Shown here: positions 49,427 to 57,458 of the stretch, piece by piece
How positions within the stretch are numbered: position 1 is the stretch's first letter
Layout: each line of letters begins with the position of its first letter
Assembly (NCBI GenBank): GCA_031409855.1
Contig: JANNYA010000215.1
Coordinates: 10,260 to 74,259 of the forward strand
Origin: Rhodanobacteraceae bacterium
GTDB lineage: Bacteria; Pseudomonadota; Gammaproteobacteria; Xanthomonadales; SZUA-5
DNA: 64,000 nucleotides
Direction: 5' to 3'
Notes under the pieces: model-generated
What the model was told of the DNA's origin: nothing
The model's database searches: none
The model's input: only the letters and a program-made list of their open reading frames with translations
Translations under genes and position numbers: made by a program

Positions 49427-51168
49427 ACCTGATCGAGGCGTACCTGCATTTGCAGGCACCGACGGAATACGTCGGATCTTATTTAGAGTTCTATTCCACG
49501 CTCTATGGGCTGAAGGCGGGCGAGCAGTTCTTTGGCCTGTTTTGGAATCTCGGGCTGTACAAACTGCCGTTCGCGGTGATCGCGATTGTATGTTTTTGGG
49601 AAGGCGCGATGCGCGGCGGCCATGACGGCGCTTGGCATGCGGTCAAAACGCTCGGCTATCGCTTTGCCGTGATGTATTTTGCGCTGCTGCTGTTTGCTTG
49701 GCCAGCGGGGAAGCTCAGTCTGGGCGAACTCAAATATGCCATCCCTGCGCAGTTTGATACCGCCACCGAGCCGCGCGTCGACATTGGCATCCTCGAAGCC
49801 GCCGCCGCGCAAAGCCACGGCAGTCGCGGCTTTAAGCTGGACAGCGCGCACATGGATATCCGAGTGCCGATCGTGCCGCGCTTGGCGATGATGTTGGGGC
49901 ATGGCTTGAGCCGCGCCACCACCAAAGTCTTGCCGGATCAACTGAGCATGCGCTTGCTCGATCAAGGCATGGCGCACCTGAATATTGGCGACCCGACGCT
50001 GAAAAACAACATCATCCAGTTTAATCAGCAGTGCTATATCCCGGCGGTCAATAAGTGGCAAACGTTTTGGTCGGAAACCGGCAAGCCGGGTACCTTGACC
50101 ACGCGCGAAGACAAGTGGAAGCTGATCGACGTGGGCTGGCTCGGCTCGCGCATTTTGCTGGAAACCGAAGGGCTGTATCGCCCGTGTGGCGATCCAAAAA
50201 CCTGCGGTAGTTCCCTGCAGGCCAGCACGCCCATCACTGGTTTTCCTTACCTGGCCTCGCGCGATGGTGTGCGGCCGAGCTATACCAGTTCCAGCACCAC
50301 AAACCAGTATGGCCGACCGTACTGCGATCAATGGTGGAACGACATCAAAACAAAGATTTATAGCCATATCGAAGGTGCTGACTTGTCGCGCTCGATCACT
50401 AAAATCATGGGGAATGCAGGCGTAGCGGCGTGGTACGGCGTCACCGCCTTTAGCCCCTACGAGGCCGATGAGCAGCTGGTGCGCTGGGCCTTAGCCAAAA
50501 ACAACGTCGAGGCCTATAGCGATGACTTGGCCTACACCACGGGCAAGGTGAAACATGACGGCGTCGTCAAAGCGATTGCCAATGCAGCCACCGAAGCGAT
50601 TGCCTGGACCGGCGAAATCGCTTCGCAACCGTTCGCCAGTGCGGAAACCCTGGTGCTCAATAACATGGCGCAGATTATCCAGTCGTTTGTTTTGCTGTTG
50701 CTCTATCTTTTGCTGCCGTTTGTGGCGCTGTTTTCTGGCCTCAATATTCGCGTGATGGCGACCTATTGCATCCTGATCTTGAGTGTCATCGGCTGGCAAA
50801 TGTGGTGGACGATCGTCATGTGGGCTGACGCGAATTTGCTGATTTCAATGTACCCCGAAGGGCAAATGCTGTCGACGTTTGGTGAAGACTTAGGCTCAAA
50901 GCGCATCCTGATTGACCGCGTCATCAATGGTGCGGCGCAATATGGGCCTGCGGTGTGGTCGTTTATTTTGACGTTTGCAGGCTATCAGGGCATTGGTGCG
51001 CTGGATGGTTTGACTAAGCAGATGCAACAGAATGCACAACAGGTAGCCAAACAGGCCGCTCAAAAGGGCTTGCAAGCAGTTCAAATGGCGGTGAACGCGG
51101 TGGCCCCCGGTGCTGCATCACACATTTCTTCTGCCTTCACCGGTTCCTCAGGGAAAAGCAAACGATGA
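49423..51168 (+). CDS. traG: TraG N-terminal domain mating-pair stabilisation protein
   Basis: SYLEFYSTLYG, F..QCY.PA, WLGSR, P.C.QWW; multiple TM segments. Confidence 0.9.
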   Translation: MNLIEAYLHLQAPTEYVGSYLEFYSTLYGLKAGEQFFGLFWNLGLYKLPFAVIAIVCFWEGAMRGGHDGAWHAVKTLGYRFAVMYFALLLFAWPAGKLSLGELKYAIPAQFDTATEPRVDIGILEAAAAQSHGSRGFKLDSAHMDIRVPIVPRLAMMLGHGLSRATTKVLPDQLSMRLLDQGMAHLNIGDPTLKNNIIQFNQQCYIPAVNKWQTFWSETGKPGTLTTREDKWKLIDVGWLGSRILLETEGLYRPCGDPKTCGSSLQASTPITGFPYLASRDGVRPSYTSSSTTNQYGRPYCDQWWNDIKTKIYSHIEGADLSRSITKIMGNAGVAAWYGVTAFSPYEADEQLVRWALAKNNVEAYSDDLAYTTGKVKHDGVVKAIANAATEAIAWTGEIASQPFASAETLVLNNMAQIIQSFVLLLLYLLLPFVALFSGLNIRVMATYCILILSVIGWQMWWTIVMWADANLLISMYPEGQMLSTFGEDLGSKRILIDRVINGAAQYGPAVWSFILTFAGYQGIGALDGLTKQMQQNAQQVAKQAAQKGLQAVQMAVNAVAPGAASHISSAFTGSSGKSKR

Positions 51169-51173
51169 GCTTT

Positions 51174-51485
51174 TCAGTCGTCAATATCGGGGACGGAGCG
51201 CGCGTCCTCAACGTCGTACATGAAATACGGGCGATCGTCAGATCCGCCATGATATCCAGCGGTTCGATCATCGGTATCGTCGTCGTAGCCGAGTTTATTG
51301 GTGCGTCTAAAAATCGCAGCCATCAAATACAGAACAGCACCAATAACGGCGGCAATTCCACACAAGACCACCAGCGTCACGGTCAAAGCCGCAAAGCCAG
51401 TCTTGCCCGCCCAATGTGGGTGGGCCAGCGCTTTGTTGCCGAGCGATTGCACGCTTTGGCCCATCGATTTGAGAGTGTTAATCAT
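51174..51485 (-). CDS. Small membrane protein with acidic tail, convergent on traG (DUF3742-like position)
   Basis: TM segment followed by an Asp-rich C-terminus; stop 5 nt from the traG stop. Confidence 0.65.
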   Translation of the reverse strand: MINTLKSMGQSVQSLGNKALAHPHWAGKTGFAALTVTLVVLCGIAAVIGAVLYLMAAIFRRTNKLGYDDDTDDRTAGYHGGSDDRPYFMYDVEDARSVPDIDD

Positions 51486-51583
51486 GGGTGGCAGTGTACG
51501 CCTGTGCACAGCGGCGTGCGCAAGTGCCTGGGCGGTGCGTTATGAGCGGCGCTAGATCGAAAATAGTTCATTCCGCTCGCCCC

Positions 51584-51898
51584 TTATGCGGCGCGCTTAA
51601 GTTTCGTCGTGAACTTCAACCTAGGCTGCAAGCCTGCACGCGCCGCCAGGCGCACCAACAGATCCAAACTAAACGTATCGATCTTGCCGCGCTTCAGATC
51701 CGACACACGGGCTTGCGTCACACCCAGCAATTTCGCGGCAGCGACTTGCGTCAGGCCACTGCCAGCAAGCCATTGCTGCATGTTCATAAGGGCGTCCGAG
51801 CGAACCGTCAGCTCGGCCGCTTCATCCGCGTCAAACAAATCATAGAAAACACCGCGCGGGTCGCCCGGCGTGCCTACAGCGTGCTTTTCAATCGTCAT
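51584..51898 (-). CDS. XRE/HTH antitoxin (HigA-like)
   Basis: VFYDL, LTQVAAAKLLGVTQARVSDLKRGKIDTFSLD. Confidence 0.88.
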   Translation of the reverse strand: MTIEKHAVGTPGDPRGVFYDLFDADEAAELTVRSDALMNMQQWLAGSGLTQVAAAKLLGVTQARVSDLKRGKIDTFSLDLLVRLAARAGLQPRLKFTTKLKRAA

Positions 51899-51901
51899 GA
51901 A

Positions 51902-52219
51902 CTAGTCCTTTATTTCAAGCAAACGGCTTTGCGCCAAACGCACGTCACTGAGCGACGTTTGTTGAGTCTTCTTCTGAAACGCATGCAGCACATAAACCGC
52001 TTCAGCGCGCTTCGCCAAATAGATAACGCGGAATGCACCGTCGGCTTGGCGAATGCGAATTTCCTCGACACCGCGCCCAATCGTATTCATCGGCTTCCAA
52101 TCCGCCGCAGGCCGTCCGACTTGAATTTGCGCCAACTGGTGGCCCGCGTTACGTCGAGCGTCGCTGGGGAAATCAGCCAAGTCTTTCCGGCTGGTGCCAA
52201 GCCACGTAATCTTTTTCAT
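51902..52219 (-). CDS. RelE/HigB-like toxin (Gp49/DUF891 type)
   Basis: WLGTSRKDL..FP, DWKPM, EIRI, FRVIY, VLHAFQKKT; toxin-first order. Confidence 0.9.
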   Translation of the reverse strand: MKKITWLGTSRKDLADFPSDARRNAGHQLAQIQVGRPAADWKPMNTIGRGVEEIRIRQADGAFRVIYLAKRAEAVYVLHAFQKKTQQTSLSDVRLAQSRLLEIKD

Positions 52220-52227
52220 AGCGCAAT

Positions 52228-52247
52228 ATATGCGGTTTTTTGCATAT
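52228..52247. promoter_or_regulatory. Putative TA operator palindrome
   Basis: ATATGC-N8-GCATAT, 9 nt upstream of the toxin start. Confidence 0.5.
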
Positions 52248-52296
52248 TTTCAAGGCGCGTTGGGGTGCATACCTCACCGGCATTTGGCGGTGCACC

Positions 52297-52548
52297 ATGA
52301 GCCCGATTATGTGGCCGTTCGTGTTGCTGATCGGCACCGTGCTCGGCTTTTTGGCGTGTGCGCTGATTGTTTGGCGCTTCAGCAAAGTCGCCAAGGACGT
52401 GCTGGTGATTTCAGACTTCCAAGCGCTACAGGCGAAATGCGATGCGTTTGCAGTGGAAGCCTTGAACGCCAACACCGAGCTGGCGCGTTTGCGCGCTGAG
52501 ATTGAGAAGCCGACGGATGTTGTGGTGTTGGAGATCACAGCCCCATGA
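52297..52548 (+). CDS. Hypothetical protein (TM plus coiled coil)
   Basis: MSPIMWPFVLLIGTVLGFLAC...; ATGA-coupled to the next ORF. Confidence 0.6.
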   Translation: MSPIMWPFVLLIGTVLGFLACALIVWRFSKVAKDVLVISDFQALQAKCDAFAVEALNANTELARLRAEIEKPTDVVVLEITAP

Positions 52549-53459
52549 ATGCGCTTCTGCCACTTAAACGCCGAAAGCGATACGGGCGCGTGACGCCAGA
52601 ACGGGTTCCCGTGTGCGACAGCGTGGCAAACCCGCTGGGCCCCTTGATGAATCTTTTGCCGGGCGCATTTTCTGGCCAGGTGAATTCGCCGTTCCCGGTA
52701 TGTAGCTTTGATATTGCGATGCAACTCGCTGAACTCCGTCTAGCACTGAACAACGAACCCCTGCACGCGGTGCGTTTTCATGCTGATGCACCCCTCGCTT
52801 TTATGGACAATTCCGCAGAGGACTTGCTTGAGCCGGCGACGCGGGTTGCCATTGAACTTGACTTTCGCACTTCAAAACGCAGGTTCAAACTGCGCCCCCA
52901 TTGTTTCGACGCGCGCCACGAAAAGCGCCACATGCGCATGTTTATGGGCCGATTTGCGCAGCCCACAGAAAGTTTTATTGACTTGGCTTACCTGCTGCAA
53001 TTGCTCGATGCGGTGCAGTTGACGCCGGGCATTCGCCGCGAGCTCAATGCGGGTGCGGTGTCGGTGCCTTACGCCATTGCCGCAGATGCCGGCACGCGCT
53101 CCTATGCCGTCTGCGCGTTCGCGTGCATGCGACGCGCCCTGCGCACCTGGTTGCCGGTTGGTTCCGTGCAGGTCGCTCAAACGCCCACGCGCGTGCGTGC
53201 GTCGCTGCATTCACCCCTTATCAAATTTGAGTTTGACGCCAAGCTGGGCACGGCGACACGTTTGCTAGTCCGCAGGCAAACGCTATGCAGCGCGCTGGCA
53301 CCGAGGCTTACTGTCGTCAGCGGGGTCGTTGAAGCCATCGATGCCGAGCGCGTGCTGTCTTACGCCCAATCGCTGGTTAAGCGCTCGCGCCGAGCTGGGC
53401 CTTGGCTGGCGTTTTCGTTCCGCGCTGTTCGCGGCGAGGCAGATTCTTATGGCGCTTGA
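52545..53459 (+). CDS. Hypothetical protein
   Basis: 304-aa ORF filling the gap between TA modules; no recognised motif. Confidence 0.6.
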   Translation: MNALLPLKRRKRYGRVTPERVPVCDSVANPLGPLMNLLPGAFSGQVNSPFPVCSFDIAMQLAELRLALNNEPLHAVRFHADAPLAFMDNSAEDLLEPATRVAIELDFRTSKRRFKLRPHCFDARHEKRHMRMFMGRFAQPTESFIDLAYLLQLLDAVQLTPGIRRELNAGAVSVPYAIAADAGTRSYAVCAFACMRRALRTWLPVGSVQVAQTPTRVRASLHSPLIKFEFDAKLGTATRLLVRRQTLCSALAPRLTVVSGVVEAIDAERVLSYAQSLVKRSRRAGPWLAFSFRAVRGEADSYGA

Positions 53460-53526
53460 GCATTCCTTGCCAAATCGCGTGTTTCACGTCCTTCCCGTGC
53501 TGCTAAGCCTCCGGTACGCTCACGTG

Positions 53527-53841
53527 TTAGGCCGCCTGCCCAGCAGCATCGGCAACCGAAAACGTAATCTTCAAACCCAGCCCCTTGGCAATGGACTGCA
53601 CCGTGGAAAAGCTTGGATTCGCGCCAGGTGCCAAGGTGCGATAAAGCCCAGGTCGACTCATGCCGACCTCACGTGCCAACTCAGCTTTGTTGCGCACGCG
53701 TGCAATCACGTTCAGCGCATTCAACATCAGTTTTGGGTCGTCATATTCTGCGCACGCTTTCAAATACTCCGCAATTTCGGCTTCGGTGGTCAAATAATCA
53801 GCGGTGTCATAGGGCGCAAATCCCTCGGGCAAATTTTTCAT
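53527..53841 (-). CDS. HI1420-family addiction module antidote (HTH)
   Basis: YDTADYL, ALNVIAR, LAREVGMSRPGLYRTL...NPSFST. Confidence 0.88.
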   Translation of the reverse strand: MKNLPEGFAPYDTADYLTTEAEIAEYLKACAEYDDPKLMLNALNVIARVRNKAELAREVGMSRPGLYRTLAPGANPSFSTVQSIAKGLGLKITFSVADAAGQAA

Positions 53842-53856
53842 GATTTTGCGTTAGAG

Positions 53857-54249
53857 CTAAGCGTCAACCGCACGCAATTCTTGGAACAGCTCCGGGCGCT
53901 TGTCCAACATCCGCAACAGCCGCAAAAATGGACCGCTAGGCGTAGTCGCTCCGCGCTCATAGCGCGAGACAGCCAAAGTGCCAACCCCCATTGCTTGCGC
54001 CAATTCGCGTTGGCTGACGTTGAGCTTGATGCGCACGCGGTGCGTTTCGCTCGCACGTGCGGCTTCAACATAGCGTTCGTGAACTTCTACCCAGCGCCGA
54101 TAACTCCGCGCATCCAATACGAACTCTTCGCAGACCGCGCACACATGCGCTTTCAAACCGCTGATCGATATGGCGAACTCACCCTGTCCGAGAGTCTTAT
54201 CGAACTTTTTAAACGTCATTCCGAGCGTACCGCAGCTAGGGCATTGCAT
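53857..54249 (-). CDS. mqsA: MqsA-family antitoxin (Zn finger plus HTH)
   Basis: CPSC...CAVC; SQRELA..MGVG..AVSRYERG. Confidence 0.88.
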   Translation of the reverse strand: MQCPSCGTLGMTFKKFDKTLGQGEFAISISGLKAHVCAVCEEFVLDARSYRRWVEVHERYVEAARASETHRVRIKLNVSQRELAQAMGVGTLAVSRYERGATTPSGPFLRLLRMLDKRPELFQELRAVDA

Positions 54250-54258
54250 GATTTTTCC

Positions 54259-54567
54259 TTACTTCCTCTTGAATTGAATGACCGGTGGACGCTCGTCGGT
54301 GTAAACAGTAATTTTGATGTAAACCTCAATGCCGTCGGGCGTCAGGCCAATGTAGACGTCCTGCCAAACCCGATGGTCGGCGTAAGTCGTCATGCTTTTG
54401 TAAAAGCATTTACGCGTCAACGCGCCGACGACCTTACGCATTTGCGTCGGGCTCAACTGCAACTCAAGTCCACCAACCAGCGCCGAACCAGTGAATGGCG
54501 TCGATTTTGGGTCAGCCAAAACAGCAAACACAGGCGTAAGCGAGTAGTGCGGTGTTCGCTTTTCCAA
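54259..54567 (-). CDS. mqsR: MqsR-family mRNA interferase toxin
   Basis: [34 protein letters not shown]; TTG start with GGGAGG RBS. Confidence 0.93.
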   Translation of the reverse strand: MEKRTPHYSLTPVFAVLADPKSTPFTGSALVGGLELQLSPTQMRKVVGALTRKCFYKSMTTYADHRVWQDVYIGLTPDGIEVYIKITVYTDERPPVIQFKRK

Positions 54568-54584
54568 ACCGTGCCTCCCGCTTT

Positions 54585-54603
54585 TATAGTCCTAACGACT
54601 ATA
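54585..54603. promoter_or_regulatory. Putative MqsA operator between divergent mqsR and ssb
   Basis: Perfect inverted repeat TATAGTC-CTAAC-GACTATA. Confidence 0.6.
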
Positions 54604-54683
54604 CCAAATGCCAGCCACAAATACATCGAGCAAATTGCTCACGGCATCACTTTCCTTCACCCACCGAAAACCAGGAACCCCTC

Positions 54684-55169
54684 ATGGCACGCGGCATAAA
54701 CAAAGTCATTCTCATCGGCACCTGCGGTGCGGATCCAGAAACGCGCTACGGCGCAAATGGCAACGCAATTACGACCTTGCGCTTAGCCACCAATGAATCC
54801 TGGACCGATAAAGCCACCGGCGAAAAACAAGAACGCACCGAATGGCATCGCGTGAAGCTGTTCGGACGCACCGCCGAAATCGCCAGTGAATACCTGCGCA
54901 AAGGCAAATCGGTCTACATCGAAGGCAAGCTACGCACCGATAAATACACCGATAAAGACGGCATCGAGCGTTACAGCACCGACATTATTGGCGATGAGTT
55001 ACAGTTCTTAGGCGGTGCCGATTCAGGGCAAAGCGACGATGCGGCCAGTGCGCGCCTACCTGCTGGACCGCCACGGCCCGCACAGGCTGCGCGGCCTGCA
55101 GCACGTGCGCAGCCGACGCGCGGTGCAGAACCCCCGTCGCAAGATTTCGATGATGAAATTCCGTTCTAG
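54684..55169 (+). CDS. ssb: Single-stranded DNA-binding protein
   Basis: [31 protein letters not shown]-terminal DFDDEIPF. Confidence 0.97.
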   Translation: MARGINKVILIGTCGADPETRYGANGNAITTLRLATNESWTDKATGEKQERTEWHRVKLFGRTAEIASEYLRKGKSVYIEGKLRTDKYTDKDGIERYSTDIIGDELQFLGGADSGQSDDAASARLPAGPPRPAQAARPAARAQPTRGAEPPSQDFDDEIPF

Positions 55170-55199
55170 CGATATAACACGCTAAATCTACACGCTTTT

Positions 55200-55771
55200 T
55201 TTCGCCCGGAGACGCGCCGGGCCTAGCCCAATCAAAAGGAAATCCATGAACACCATCCATACCTTGCTGAAACTGTCTCTGCTGGCGCTAGCGCTTAGCG
55301 GTTGTGCCGGGCGCACCGCATCGGTCGCCAAATCTGAAGCCATAAACGTTGCGCCAAGTTCGCCAGCCGTATCGAGTGAAGGCTGCAACCCGATGACCGT
55401 GGTGGCCGCGAATCCGAGACTGTATCAAGCGATGATCGATGGCTGGGTGCCGCCAGCCGCGTACGCGGAACCCTGGTTGATTGATTGCGCCATTGCTATG
55501 AATTTAGATCCGAACGGTGCGCTTGTCCTGAAGGCAGTCCAGACCCAATTGGATGCGCTCAAACTTTTCAGCGGCGAAATTAACGGCAAGCAAAGCGAGC
55601 CCTTGAAAGCAGCGGTACGGGTATTTCAGCGCCAAGCCGGCTTGCGCCAAACCGGATTAGTCAACGCAGCCACGGCGATTGCGCTGGCACAAAAATGACT
55701 AGTCGAACCGAAATCCCATTTTGACGTAAGTCTTTAATAACGCTCGCTTTTTCTTTCGCCCGGAGACGCGC
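55200..55771 (+). repeat. 18-bp direct repeat TTTCGCCCGGAGACGCGC in two gene leaders
   Basis: Identical copies at 55200-55217 and 55754-55771, each preceded by CGCTTTTT. Confidence 0.85.
55246..55698 (+). CDS. Lipoprotein with C-terminal peptidoglycan-binding domain
   Basis: Lipobox LSGC; VQ..L..L.....G.ING......AVRVFQ...GL..TG. Confidence 0.8.
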   Translation: MNTIHTLLKLSLLALALSGCAGRTASVAKSEAINVAPSSPAVSSEGCNPMTVVAANPRLYQAMIDGWVPPAAYAEPWLIDCAIAMNLDPNGALVLKAVQTQLDALKLFSGEINGKQSEPLKAAVRVFQRQAGLRQTGLVNAATAIALAQK

Positions 55772-55812
55772 AGGGACGCGCGCCCGGACTCGCCAAATCT
55801 TTGATTTAAACC

Positions 55813-56787
55813 ATGGAAAATCGCATGAAAACTACTCGCTCACTGCTTTGGCTGTCCATTTTTACCCTGTTTTTGGGCGGTTGCGAAGGCGTTGTCGTGC
55901 GAAAATACAGCACGCACGGCCCGAATTCCGAAGTCGTGCCAAGCGCCCCGGACGCGCCCGTTGTGGCTCAACACCAGACCGTCGTCGCCGACTCTCGCTC
56001 GTTCGAGTTCGCGTTATGTACAACGCACGGGATCATGGACGTCGTCGAAGACACTTCGCAAAACTGGTATCAAACACTCACCCTGCAATACCAATTGCCG
56101 GCCACCACGCCGCTATTGCGTATGCTGATCGAACAATCCGGCTGCTTCAATCACCCTGACCCGGACCGCTCTTACAAACGCTCGGTGTATGGCGCGATGC
56201 AAAGCGAAAGTGATCGCGCCCTCTATGGCGACCTAGGTTCTGACTGGGATATCGACTACACCCTCACGCCGTCGATCAATTTCGCTGCCGGCACCGATGG
56301 CAATGGCATGCGCAAGCTCGAAACCGCTGCGTTGACGCTGACCGATGCGCGCAGCGGCGCCCAAGTCGCGATCAACCTAGGCGTGGCTGCAGGCAATGAC
56401 TTTTCATTCGGCGCGCTGGCACGAGAGCGCGGCATCGTTGATATGGACGCATGGCAAAGCACGCCGGAAGGCGCGGCAATTTCCGGCGCATTTATCGACG
56501 CATTCAATCAGATGCTCATCGTCGCCAGCAAGCATGACTATGAGCGCGCACAGGAGATGGGCCGCCGCACTGGTTTTGTGCGCGATGATGAAGTGCATGC
56601 CGTCCTCATGCCGATCCGCCAGGCGCAAATGCGCCTCGCCGAACTGAAGTTTTATGCGGGCGCGATTGATGGCGTGGCTGGCGTTGGCATGGCAAAAGCG
56701 CTCAGTGCCTTTCAGCGCGCTAAAGGCTTGCGCGTCACCGGCCAGCTGGACTTGGCCAGTTCAGCGGCATTGGCGAAGGGGCAATAG
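55813..56787 (+). CDS. CsgG/HfaB-like lipoprotein with C-terminal peptidoglycan-binding domain
   Basis: Lipobox LGGC; LLRMLIEQSGCF, DYTLTPSI, LTDARSGAQ, TPEG..I..AF.DAFN; AIDGVAG...AFQ..KGL.VTG.LD. Confidence 0.72.
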   Translation: MENRMKTTRSLLWLSIFTLFLGGCEGVVVRKYSTHGPNSEVVPSAPDAPVVAQHQTVVADSRSFEFALCTTHGIMDVVEDTSQNWYQTLTLQYQLPATTPLLRMLIEQSGCFNHPDPDRSYKRSVYGAMQSESDRALYGDLGSDWDIDYTLTPSINFAAGTDGNGMRKLETAALTLTDARSGAQVAINLGVAAGNDFSFGALARERGIVDMDAWQSTPEGAAISGAFIDAFNQMLIVASKHDYERAQEMGRRTGFVRDDEVHAVLMPIRQAQMRLAELKFYAGAIDGVAGVGMAKALSAFQRAKGLRVTGQLDLASSAALAKGQ

Positions 56788-56789
56788 TC

Positions 56790-57458
56790 ATGGCGAACGC
56801 AATGCGTACCCACTCCTTCATGGCAGCGGCACTGATCGCCGGCTTATTTCAAACCCCTTTTGCCAGCGCGCAAAATTGGCGCACCACCGCAGCCGATGGC
56901 ACCGTTCGTGTCATCGATGGCACCGGCACCGTTATTCAGGTCTTTGGCCCGGATGGCAACCTCGTTCAAACCCATCCAGTGGTGCCGCCGTACTTGCAGA
57001 GCATGGGCAATATCATCTTCCAGCAGCCTGACAATTCCAACCTGCACGCATCGCGCGTGCCTGGCTCACTGCGCTGGCAGCTCAGCACCAACAGCCCGGC
57101 CACGTCAACGCTACCGGGCTATCTTGAGCTCGATGGCAAATGGTATGACTTGGCCGGCGGCTTCGTGCAAGCGTTCTTCGCGCCCAGCGATCATTCGGTG
57201 AGTGCATCGGTAAGCAACTGTAGGCTCACCGGTGGCGCGCCGTTACCCGCAGCAGTGGTGCCTAAGTTGAACCTCAATGGCGTGGCAATCAGTCTGGCCG
57301 CTTCACCCGAACCGATTCTGATCGAACACCTGGAAAACGCCGATACCATTCGCATGAAATCGCGCACCGGCAATATCGTGTGCGATGGTGAAGTACCGTC
57401 GCCGATTCCATTGCCTGATCCGATGTTTAAGAGTGGCTTTGAGAATCCGCCGCCGTGA
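56790..57458 (+). CDS. Secreted protein ending in DPMFKSGFE motif
   Basis: Signal peptide (..PFASA/Q); Pro linker then DPMFKSGFENPPP. Confidence 0.75.
   Translation: MANAMRTHSFMAAALIAGLFQTPFASAQNWRTTAADGTVRVIDGTGTVIQVFGPDGNLVQTHPVVPPYLQSMGNIIFQQPDNSNLHASRVPGSLRWQLSTNSPATSTLPGYLELDGKWYDLAGGFVQAFFAPSDHSVSASVSNCRLTGGAPLPAAVVPKLNLNGVAISLAASPEPILIEHLENADTIRMKSRTGNIVCDGEVPSPIPLPDPMFKSGFENPPP

Noticed and set aside
51498-51507. 10-bp match (GCACAGGCGT, minus strand) to the right IR arm at 33137-33146
   Set aside because: Short enough to occur by chance in 64 kb
53329-54699. 456-aa plus-strand ORF
   Set aside because: Antisense shadow of the clearly recognisable HI1420, mqsA and mqsR genes; no motif of its own
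55204-55222. Intrinsic terminator after ssb
   Set aside because: The T tract is 5' of the hairpin, so no U tail follows it on either strand; kept as a leader motif instead
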